The translations under genes were made by a program, and so were the position numbers. Of a stretch of DNA of 64,000 nt, positions 9,666 to 17,739 are shown piece after piece. The notes under the pieces were generated by a model. That model saw only the letters and a program-made list of their open reading frames with translations, had not been told where the DNA came from and made no database searches. The stretch comes from Alistipes sp. (GTDB lineage: Bacteria > Bacteroidota > Bacteroidia > Bacteroidales > Rikenellaceae), in the NCBI GenBank assembly GCA_045124955.1, contig JBGVMU010000003.1:85247-149246 (forward strand), written 5' to 3'. Position 1 is the first letter of the stretch; each line of letters begins with the position of its first letter.

Positions 9666-12600
9666 CTATTTTTTGATACAACGAACTCCCATTGCAGTTA
9701 CTGGTGCCCAAGAACCCGTGTTAACAGTGCGTGCTCCAGCACCCTTACCCCAATAGATGAACAACTGCTTCGAATCGTTAGTTGTAGCTCCTGCAATATT
9801 GGCATTAGGGCTATTCACAGTTGTCCACAAACCATAGTATTGGCGCAAACCGCTTACGGCGTGCCACAAGAACTCGCCTTCACGCTCGATGTAGTAACCA
9901 CCCTTGCAGTTGCCCTCGGCAGCCAAGTGCGCTGTAGGAGGTGTTGCTGTATTCAACGCCTTGAGGTCTTCAACGATGGTTGCAGTCAGTGGCAACTCAT
10001 AGCCATAAGGGCACGGATCGTACTGCTTGTGCTTCTCGTCGGAGTAGTTCCACGAAGCCTTTTCGTGTGAAGGGTCCATACTCCAGATTTTATTCCAATG
10101 GCGCTGTGTAGTATTGTTTGTCTGACAACCGATAAAGAGCGGTGACTTTGTAGCCGAAGCGTTTGTCTCCCAGAATGCCTGGGTAATGCTGCTGGTAAAT
10201 CTCTTCATAACAGATACCGGTATTGCACCTCCTGCACCTCCTGCACCACCTACGGTGATGAGATCGGCCGATGGGTAGTAGTAGGTTGGAGTATTCTCGC
10301 CCGACTGACCCAAACGATTTGCCCACGCCTCAGCGGTGTAGTTTATTGCGTAAGGGAATGGCGATGGACGACCCCACTGATAGAGCATACCGCCCGAAGC
10401 GAGAAAGTCGGCATCGGTCATAGCCTCCATCTCGGCCTTCGAGGTTGGCACCTTCAATGCACCAAGGTTACGGTCGTAGTAGGTGTTTGCGCCCAAGACC
10501 ACATCCTTTGGCTGACCTGCGCCAGGGCACCACAAGTGCCAAGCCCAGAGCACCATACCATTCTCTATGGTGACAATCGAAGCGTTACCCTCCGAGCCGT
10601 CGTAGTAGAACGACACACTCTGGCTATTGTTGCAGGTGTGAACATTCGAAATCATACCTTTGTTCAACTCGAAGAGTGTTCCTGCGATAGCGTTTTTGCT
10701 GATTACGGCAGTGCCATCCTCGTCATTGTCGTAGCCACCCTTAATCTTGGCATCGAACATATACCAGCCCTTCTTGTTAGGCATAACGAAGCAGTTTGCA
10801 TACTTGCCACCCTCGGTGAGGTTGGTGCATTTGATTGTCGAAATGGCTGTCTCGCTGCACACAGCACGCTCTGTGGTGAGTGCTGCCACGCTCTTGATGG
10901 TAGCACCCAAAGTGCCATCCACTGCAATCGACAACTCCTCCGCATCGTAAGTTGCAGCAGGAATAGCCACATAGAACACCTGGTTTGCTCCGTTGCTGAT
11001 TGCCACAGGGCTCTCCATAACAAGGCGGATGTTGTTTTTAGCCGAAGTAAAGAGCACGGTCGGCTCCTCCTCGTAGCTCATATCCACATCGGCAACGCCC
11101 GCCAAAGGCTTGCTCTTGCTGGTGATGTCGATACCCCAAATTTGGCAGTCGTAGTTTGCCACCACCTCGATTGCGAGGATAGAGGTGAGGAGGTTGAGCT
11201 GTGCCACACCCTCCTTGCTACGACCAACATATATCTGCGACTCCTTCGCCACAGCCTCCTCGGTGTAGAGCTGACTCTCGGGGAAGGTTATTGTAGCCTT
11301 GGTGCCAAGCGACTTAACGGCCGATGCAGGATATGCCACATTGAACGGCTCGTTAGGTGTTCCTACGGCAACAACTCGGTTTCTCTTGCTGCCCGCAGCA
11401 CCGAGTATCGTCGATACGATGCCCTTGCCTCGTGCCTCGTTGTAGATCGAGAGCTGGTCACCCTCGCTCCACGCCACCTTTCCGTACTCAACATCTTCGA
11501 GTACGATGTCGATAGTCTGGTAGGTGATATCCTCGGCGATAGTCGCCAAGTTCATTCGCTTGATTATGACCTTCTCGGCAACCGTAGCCGTGAGTGTCTC
11601 GCCATTGTCGGCGGTCACGGTCACTGCCAAGTCGTCGTACTCGCCTGCCGGCAACGAGATGTAGAACATCTTCGGAGCATCGAGCGAAGCCTCCGGTAAC
11701 TCGGCACTTGCATCCAAGGTGATAATCTGCTTTGCACCCGACTCCGCCTCCGAGCAGAGGTAGTCGTTTGCTGTGTCGAATACGAGTCTGCCCGCCAAAG
11801 GCTTCGACGAGCTGACTTCGATATGTCTGATTTTGAGATTTGCCTTAACATTTACCGCCAACACACCCATAACATACTCGAACGAGAGCTTCTCGCCTGT
11901 GGCAGCCTTTGCTACCATAAGTGGCGTATTCTCAATGAATTGTGAGAGCAACGATGGGTTGTAGGTCTGCTTGCTGTCGGTCGATATGGTGAGCTTACCC
12001 TCCGAAAGCGATGTTTGTGCATTGTATGGATAGTATGCCACGATGTCGCCGCTGGCTGTTGCGCCCACGAACTGCGCCTCGGCTTTGCCCACCGATGACG
12101 ACTCGATGGTGTAGAGGGTATTCTTCGAATCCTCGCTGAATACGCCTATTGTCGCATCCTTTGCCCAGGTGCGAGGGGTAGCCTCTACCAACTCGCCAAG
12201 CGTGAGCGACTCGAAGTCGGCAACGATAGTGCCACTCGACATCGCCTCGCCACACTGCAACGAGGTCACTCGCTTCACGGTGTATGCGCCATTGAGTTTT
12301 TTGGATATCTCGCCTTTGTCTGTCTTGACCGTGATTGCAAGGTCGGTGTAGGTTGCCGATGGAAGGAGTGCGTGGATGAGCGCAGGAGCCTCATCGGTTG
12401 CTACAACGCCCTCGCCACAATCTACGGTGAGCGAGTAGAGCGAACGAGCCACTGCCGAAGCCTCCATATCGTTCTCGAAGTCGAATGCTATGCGTCCTGC
12501 CAATGGTTGGCTACTGCTCGAAAGGGTTATGGAGCGAACAGTGAAGTTGCCCTTGACCTGAATGGCCAAAGAGCCGTAGAGATAGCCGAAATCGACAACG

Positions 12601-13052
12601 CCGTCGGTGGATTTTGCCACATAGAGGTTGTTGTGCTGCTCGAATTGAGCAACGAGGTCGGCATTGTAGTTTTGGGTATCGGGCAAGGTGAGCGAGATCT
12701 TCGAACCTTCGGCCGTAACATCCTTATCGTAAGGGTAGTAGGCGTAGATGTCGCCCTTGACCTCTGCTCCGTAGAAGAGTCCTTCGGCAGCTCCGTCGTA
12801 GGAGTTGAAGAGCGAATATTTGGCATTCTCGCCACCCTCTTTGCCGAATACTCCGATGTGGGTTAATGTGTTCCAGGTGTGGGATGTTTCGCTCTCCAAC
12901 AGAGCCTCCGCAGTCGTGATTTTCAGCTGCGAGGTTGTGGCTGTGAGCGTTGTACGACCATTGGTTGGCACTTCGTCCACACCATTGTCGGGTGTGACAC
13001 ACCCCGAAAGAGATAGAACCACACAAAGTATCGTGAAGTAAAATCTTTTCAT
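9666..13052 (-). CDS. Fimbrillin/type V pilin-like lipoprotein with three tandem pilin modules and a FISUMP/C-type-lectin-like head (1128 aa)
   Basis: Lipobox LSGC; three repeats of W...IGVF/WSEGDQLSIY, LAGR/LAGV and LP-A--Y-D motifs; head motifs ANCF, WAWHLW, YDRNLGA, YQWGRPSPF, DPCPYGY, GVRCIKK. Confidence 0.8.
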   Translation of the reverse strand: MKRFYFTILCVVLSLSGCVTPDNGVDEVPTNGRTTLTATTSQLKITTAEALLESETSHTWNTLTHIGVFGKEGGENAKYSLFNSYDGAAEGLFYGAEVKGDIYAYYPYDKDVTAEGSKISLTLPDTQNYNADLVAQFEQHNNLYVAKSTDGVVDFGYLYGSLAIQVKGNFTVRSITLSSSSQPLAGRIAFDFENDMEASAVARSLYSLTVDCGEGVVATDEAPALIHALLPSATYTDLAITVKTDKGEISKKLNGAYTVKRVTSLQCGEAMSSGTIVADFESLTLGELVEATPRTWAKDATIGVFSEDSKNTLYTIESSSVGKAEAQFVGATASGDIVAYYPYNAQTSLSEGKLTISTDSKQTYNPSLLSQFIENTPLMVAKAATGEKLSFEYVMGVLAVNVKANLKIRHIEVSSSKPLAGRLVFDTANDYLCSEAESGAKQIITLDASAELPEASLDAPKMFYISLPAGEYDDLAVTVTADNGETLTATVAEKVIIKRMNLATIAEDITYQTIDIVLEDVEYGKVAWSEGDQLSIYNEARGKGIVSTILGAAGSKRNRVVAVGTPNEPFNVAYPASAVKSLGTKATITFPESQLYTEEAVAKESQIYVGRSKEGVAQLNLLTSILAIEVVANYDCQIWGIDITSKSKPLAGVADVDMSYEEEPTVLFTSAKNNIRLVMESPVAISNGANQVFYVAIPAATYDAEELSIAVDGTLGATIKSVAALTTERAVCSETAISTIKCTNLTEGGKYANCFVMPNKKGWYMFDAKIKGGYDNDEDGTAVISKNAIAGTLFELNKGMISNVHTCNNSQSVSFYYDGSEGNASIVTIENGMVLWAWHLWCPGAGQPKDVVLGANTYYDRNLGALKVPTSKAEMEAMTDADFLASGGMLYQWGRPSPFPYAINYTAEAWANRLGQSGENTPTYYYPSADLITVGGAGGAGGAIPVSVMKRFTSSITQAFWETNASATKSPLFIGCQTNNTTQRHWNKIWSMDPSHEKASWNYSDEKHKQYDPCPYGYELPLTATIVEDLKALNTATPPTAHLAAEGNCKGGYYIEREGEFLWHAVSGLRQYYGLWTTVNSPNANIAGATTNDSKQLFIYWGKGAGARTVNTGSWAPVTAMGVRCIKK

Positions 13053-13175
13053 ACGAGTTAGTCTTTACTATATATATAATATAGGTATGGTTGGTTTTGT
13101 AGGTTGCTCTTGTTGGGTGCAGAGCCTTTGGGGCGGAGCACCTCGTCGAGCTTGCGACATAGTCGCAATGGGTAT

Positions 13176-13208
13176 AAAGACGGGGCGGGCGATCCTACGC
13201 CCCGTCTT
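13176..13208 (-). terminator. Stem-loop between the two fimbrillin-like genes (probable terminator/attenuator)
   Basis: AAGACGGG(GCGG)GCG...CGCCCGTCTT hairpin 15 nt after the stop at 13224; only a short T tail on the minus strand. A second perfect hairpin TTGCGAC-ATA-GTCGCAA lies at 13152-13168. Confidence 0.55.
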
Positions 13209-13223
13209 GAAAATCGTAGTATA

Positions 13224-15458
13224 TTAGAACTTACCTCTACGGCAACGAACATTGTAACCCTGAGCGTTTACAGTCTTACTTGCGTTTGGGTTGAGAAGAC
13301 CTGGTGCAGTATAGTTACTACCAACCTCACCGAATGCCATTGCACCACCATTACCAATGGTATAAGTCTTACCGCCATTTGCAACGGTGTAAGTATTGGT
13401 ATTGTTGGTGTTTACAACATAGATGTAACCGCAGTTAGAATACTGACCCGCAACACCTGTAATACCTGATGTTCTGTTACCTGCGCAAGGCCAATACATA
13501 GGAACAGCGTTATCATCCTTATCCTTGCAGCCATTGTAATACATACCATAGAACTTGTAGCCCGACTTGTAGGTAGCATCATCCTCGGCAGCACGAGCAT
13601 AGCCAAACTTAGCCTTCACGGCATCGCTTGTGGTAGCATACCAATAGAGGATAGAGTAGTTCTCCATAATATATCCCGGAGGGCACGGATCGTGAGCAGT
13701 CTTGTACTTCATCATCTCATCGTGGTTGTTATCGTTGATACTATTCCAAAGACGATAATTACCCTCTGAAACAACCACACTTATTGGTGAAGTTTTGCCT
13801 TGCTGGTTAATAATGTTTGACAAGTTCCAAGTATCCTTATTACCCTCATATGCTCGGTACTCGTAGTTTGGCAAGGTGATACCATTGTGAACATAGAGTG
13901 TCTGACCCTCCTCGGTAAATGTAGACTCGAAGATATTTGCCGCGCTTTGCGATGTTGCCCAATACTGGCTATACTGCGAGAAACCATACGCTACATCGCA
14001 ACGAGTGTTGTGGAGAGTTTCAATCTTCTCCTTAGTCTTGTCGCCCAAGCTCTTAATACGAGGGAGTGGATTGCAACTCTGATACTGGAAATAGACACCA
14101 CAAGCGTCGTTTGCGTTCTCCAAGGCAATTGTGTTGTTGAATGCCACATTCTGACTTGAAAGAGTCAAGGTAGAGGTTGTCTGGATATCAGAAGTAGGAG
14201 TCCAAGTAGCACCTATAACACGGTCCATCATGTAGTAAGCAACGTTCGCATTCTTACCCGAACCCATAATCTTCAAGGTCTTAGGTGCATCGGTAATCCA
14301 AATGTGCCAGTGCCAAATAATAGCATTATTAGCCTGACCACCATTGGTGAGTACAACCAAAGCATTACCCTTCTTACCGTTGGTCTTGAACGAAATCTTG
14401 TTGGTTGCTGGGTCGTAGTGCAAGTCGTAAACCATACCAGCCTCCTCAGCCCACTTAATCTCGGCAGTAACACCGCCCTTGAGAACAGCGCCGTCAGCCA
14501 AGATACAAGGGAACTCATACGAACCTGCTGTTGGAGGAACCATATAGCAACGAGCGTAGTCCTCGTATGCCTTGCCTGTTGTACCTGCCAACGAAACAGG
14601 GTTTGCAGGAGTATGAGCAGCCAAATTGATGTGAGATGCGCTAATAGGCTTGATAGCCGAACGAGTTACGGTGTGAGGCTTGGTTGCATAAACTGCTTGC
14701 GAGCCCTTGTCGGTGATGAATACAAGACCCATATTCTCGTACTCGCCCTCAGGCAATGCGATATAGAGCTCCTCGCCATTTGTGATATCCAATCCCTCCT
14801 TGTAGGTATACTTCAAGTAAGAGAAAGCAGCATTGTTGGTAGCCATTGCTACATTGCCATCCTTGCCAACCTCCTTCGAGAGGTTGAGAGTCGCCAACTG
14901 TGCGATTGGGTGGAACTCCGATGATGTACGGCAGGTTGAACGAACGATAACGCTCTGCAACTTACCCTCTCCCTTTACAGGAACCTTGATGTAGCCGAGC
15001 AAGTTCTTGAATGTGATGTACTCACCCTCAACAACGCCCTTCATAGGGTTCTGGTCGAAGATTGCCTCAGCGCTTGCAAGGTTTGTTACATTGTAAGGCA
15101 AGTTGAACTTTGCTGTTGTGCCGTCGAGAGTTGGCCTGTTCGACATATAGATGATATATGCAGTGTTCGACGGAATAGCTATGGTGCTATTGGTGTGATC
15201 TACGGTGTAGGTGTTTGCGTCGAGCGCAAGTGCGCCACCCTCGCCTTGGAGAACAGCATAAACCTTGTCGCCCTCGCTCCAAGCGAGCTTTCCGCTAACA
15301 TCGTCACGGTCGAGACGGGTATCCTCGAAGACGAGGTTCTTAACTACGAGCTCTCCTGCCTCGATACCGCCATTGTTTACTACATCATTTGTAAAATCTT
15401 TGGTACAGCCTGCAAACATTAGTGCCACGGCTGAAATTGCTAATAAAATCTTTTTCAT
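13224..15458 (-). CDS. Fimbrillin/type V pilin-like lipoprotein with FISUMP-like head (744 aa)
   Basis: Lipobox FAGC, EDTR|L propeptide-like site, WSEGDKVY motif; head motifs ARCYMV, WHWHIW, MDRVIGA, HDPCPPGY, WPCAGNR, YNVRCRR. Confidence 0.82.
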   Translation of the reverse strand: MKKILLAISAVALMFAGCTKDFTNDVVNNGGIEAGELVVKNLVFEDTRLDRDDVSGKLAWSEGDKVYAVLQGEGGALALDANTYTVDHTNSTIAIPSNTAYIIYMSNRPTLDGTTAKFNLPYNVTNLASAEAIFDQNPMKGVVEGEYITFKNLLGYIKVPVKGEGKLQSVIVRSTCRTSSEFHPIAQLATLNLSKEVGKDGNVAMATNNAAFSYLKYTYKEGLDITNGEELYIALPEGEYENMGLVFITDKGSQAVYATKPHTVTRSAIKPISASHINLAAHTPANPVSLAGTTGKAYEDYARCYMVPPTAGSYEFPCILADGAVLKGGVTAEIKWAEEAGMVYDLHYDPATNKISFKTNGKKGNALVVLTNGGQANNAIIWHWHIWITDAPKTLKIMGSGKNANVAYYMMDRVIGATWTPTSDIQTTSTLTLSSQNVAFNNTIALENANDACGVYFQYQSCNPLPRIKSLGDKTKEKIETLHNTRCDVAYGFSQYSQYWATSQSAANIFESTFTEEGQTLYVHNGITLPNYEYRAYEGNKDTWNLSNIINQQGKTSPISVVVSEGNYRLWNSINDNNHDEMMKYKTAHDPCPPGYIMENYSILYWYATTSDAVKAKFGYARAAEDDATYKSGYKFYGMYYNGCKDKDDNAVPMYWPCAGNRTSGITGVAGQYSNCGYIYVVNTNNTNTYTVANGGKTYTIGNGGAMAFGEVGSNYTAPGLLNPNASKTVNAQGYNVRCRRGKF

Positions 15459-15479
15459 AGTCTTAATGTTTTTAGGTTG

Positions 15480-15626
15480 TTAGAATTCGTTGTCGGCATC
15501 TTTCTCCGGAATATCTTCGAATGAAGAGGAAGAGGAGAGGGCAAAACCCGACTCTACTTTGACGGTTAATGCGTCCAATGCGGGGGCATCGTAGCAACCA
15601 TCCGATAGTAAATGCTTTTTGTTCAT
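15480..15626 (-). CDS. 48-aa small acidic peptide at the head of the operon (below the ORF-track cutoff)
   Basis: MNKKHLLSDGCYDAPALDALTVKVESGFALSSSSSFEDIPEKDADNEF*. Its leader AACCTAAAACATT-ATG matches the AACCTAAAAACATT upstream of the next gene. Confidence 0.75.
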   Translation of the reverse strand: MNKKHLLSDGCYDAPALDALTVKVESGFALSSSSSFEDIPEKDADNEF

Positions 15627-15723
15627 AATGTTTTAGGTTTAATAAGTTAAAATTTGATATTTTGTTGTATTTAATTTCTTGTCCTTGTAATTGATTGATA
15701 GTCAAGTTATTAAAGCCGAAATA

Positions 15724-15842
15724 CCCCCCCCCCCGAAAAATTTTCGGGGAGGGCATTTCTCCTATTGTGTTATTTTCTAATTCAAAGTAAACGATTTTTT
15801 GCGAGATTTCCAAATTTTTTTTTGTTTTTTTTCGGGGGGGGG
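15724..15842. repeat. Inverted homopolymer repeats C11-GAAAAA ... TTTTTC-G9 flanking the promoter
   Basis: 15726-15740 CCCCCCCCCGAAAAA is the exact reverse complement of 15828-15842 TTTTTCGGGGGGGGG; 87 bp lie between them. Confidence 0.85.
15783..15814 (-). promoter_or_regulatory. Candidate housekeeping-type promoter for the 15.6-kb surface-protein operon
   Basis: On the minus strand TTTG-N20-TTACTTTG, one mismatch from the Bacteroidota -33 TTTG / -7 TAnnTTTG consensus. Confidence 0.5.
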
Positions 15843-15954
15843 ATTATTGGGGGTTACTGGGGTTACTGGGGGCGCTCACTCTGTTCGCTTGTCGGGGTGC
15901 GCTGAAAGTTTCTCCCATTAGTCCCATTGGTCTTATTAGTCCCATTGGTCCCAT
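15843..15954 (-). repeat. Scaffold repeat copy (AAACTTTCAGCGC anchor + cargo) followed by a 9-mer CCCATTRGT array
   Basis: The reverse complement of 15843-15911 starts AAACTTTCAGCGCACCCC, like 55226 and 63711; 9-mer array at 15914-15954. Confidence 0.7.
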
Positions 15955-16006
15955 CCAGCTCTCAACTTTTTCCCTCCGCAAAATGCAGATAATCCCAAAA
16001 AATTCG

Positions 16007-16014
16007 TATATTTG
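16007..16014 (+). promoter_or_regulatory. -7 promoter box TATATTTG for the PHP gene
   Basis: Exact TAnnTTTG match 29 nt upstream of ATG 16044. Confidence 0.65.
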
Positions 16015-16043
16015 TAATTCGAGAAACCAAATAAACTAACAAT

Positions 16044-17243
16044 ATGAAGAGAATTTTCCTATTTATGGTTGCCGCAATGGCAGGAGTTGCTGCTTCGGCG
16101 CAGTACTATGTAGATGAGGTAAATAAGGACATACTCCATATCCGCCAACCTCGCAACGAGAATCGCACCGAGTTTGTGGTGCCGAGCGTGGATGGTTACA
16201 CCGCATACAAGGCGGATCTTCACACTCATACCATCTTCTCGGATGGTCACTTCTCGATGGAGGCCCGTGTTCGTGAGGCGTGGATGAATGGTCTGGATGT
16301 TATGGCTGTTACCGAGCATCTCGAACATCGCCCACACGAGAAGAACCTCGTGAAGTATCTCAAAGGTTACACCAAGGGTGCCGAGGCGAAGAACTACGCC
16401 TTTGTTTCGAGAAACCGTCCTGCATCGGGAGCCGATATTATGGTCGATTTGAATGCCCCTGTCGAGATAGCACGCAAGGAGGCAGAGAAGTATGGTTTGG
16501 CTATCATTCCGGGTATAGAGATTACCCGCAAAGAGGGTGGCGAGTATAGCCACTTCAATGCCCTCTTCACCACGGACAACAACACCATCTATGCACCCGA
16601 GACTATGCAGTCGTTGCGCAATGCCAAGGCGCAGAATGCGTTGGTTATGCACAACCATCCGGGTTGGACTCACAAGGATATGAAGCCTACTGCGTTCGAG
16701 AAAGAGGTCTATAAGGCGGGCTTGCTCGATGGTATCGAGGTTATGAATACCGCAGAGTTCTATCCTCAGGCTATTACCCGTGCCGAGAAATATGGCCTTT
16801 TCCTCTCGTCGAACTCCGATATTCACTACGCATCGGAAGGCTCATATCGTAACTTTGGCGAGCAACGCAATATGACCATTATCTTTGCGAAGGATATGTC
16901 GTTGGCATCGTTGCGTGAGGCTCTCGAAGCACACCGCACAATCGCCTACTCGTATGGTACGGTTGTGGGTAGCGAGGAGTTGCTCCGCAAGCTCTTCTTG
17001 GCGTCGGTTTCGGTTCGCAAGTCGGGCTTGGACTACAAGGGCCGCACCCACTACATCCTCACCAACAACAGTTCGATAAGTTGGTTGCTCCGTCGTGAGA
17101 ACAATGACCTGGTGGAGTTGAAGGGTAACTCGTCGATTCTTGTTCGTTTGAGCAGTTCGAAATCGAATGTCTATACCGTGGTCAATGCGTGGTACGGCGA
17201 GGATAAGCACCTCGTGGTAGACCTCTTTGGCGAGAAGAAGTAG
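16044..17243 (+). CDS. Secreted PHP-domain (polymerase/histidinol phosphatase-like) phosphoesterase
   Basis: Signal peptide ending ASA|Q; metal motifs DLHTHTIFSDG, VTEH, GIEIT, HFNAL, HNHP, SNSDIH. Confidence 0.88.
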   Translation: MKRIFLFMVAAMAGVAASAQYYVDEVNKDILHIRQPRNENRTEFVVPSVDGYTAYKADLHTHTIFSDGHFSMEARVREAWMNGLDVMAVTEHLEHRPHEKNLVKYLKGYTKGAEAKNYAFVSRNRPASGADIMVDLNAPVEIARKEAEKYGLAIIPGIEITRKEGGEYSHFNALFTTDNNTIYAPETMQSLRNAKAQNALVMHNHPGWTHKDMKPTAFEKEVYKAGLLDGIEVMNTAEFYPQAITRAEKYGLFLSSNSDIHYASEGSYRNFGEQRNMTIIFAKDMSLASLREALEAHRTIAYSYGTVVGSEELLRKLFLASVSVRKSGLDYKGRTHYILTNNSSISWLLRRENNDLVELKGNSSILVRLSSSKSNVYTVVNAWYGEDKHLVVDLFGEKK

Positions 17244-17344
17244 CGCAATTGCGCCTTAAATAGCGAGTTTTGCCCATTTCCTACTCGGCTTACGCACTTT
17301 TTTTGTATCTTTGCCCGTTGAATGTAGAGAAAAAGAGTGAAGAT

Positions 17345-17701
17345 ATGAATACAATTTGGGATATTATTAAGCAAAATATATTCACTATTATAATCATTGT
17401 AACGCTTATTGTTGCAATGCCGTGGTTGGGCTACCTCTTTCTGATACCGCTCATCTTGGTGGTGATTTTCGGAGCGATGTTGGCGTGGAAGGTGCATAAG
17501 TTGCGCAGCCAGATGTACGATGAAGCACAGCGCCAGCAGGGCTACCAGCAGGAGCAACAGCAGGGCTGGTGGGGTCGTAGCCACTCTCGCAACGAGGGCG
17601 ATGTTACGGTGGTGCAGACCGAGCAGACCGAGCAGCATGTGAGCGACGAGGTGGGCGAGTATGTCGACTTCAAGGAGATCAAGGAGGATAAATCGAAATA
17701 G
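17345..17701 (+). CDS. DUF4834-like small membrane protein
   Basis: Start reassigned to ATG 17345 (TATCTTTG box at 17306-17313); two hydrophobic segments and C-terminal GEYVDFKEIK. Confidence 0.7.
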   Translation: MNTIWDIIKQNIFTIIIIVTLIVAMPWLGYLFLIPLILVVIFGAMLAWKVHKLRSQMYDEAQRQQGYQQEQQQGWWGRSHSRNEGDVTVVQTEQTEQHVSDEVGEYVDFKEIKEDKSK

Positions 17702-17739
17702 TAACCGCTCGCCCGAAAGGGTGCAAAGTGGATAGAGAT

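Noticed and set aside
9666-15458. Complete diversity-generating retroelement
   Set aside because: No reverse transcriptase and no template repeat with adenine-specific mismatches visible in the window; kept only as a low-weight hypothesis.
15472-15813. 113-aa ORF from the track
   Set aside because: It runs through the promoter and homopolymer tracts; the plausible coding frame is the 48-aa ORF 15480-15626.
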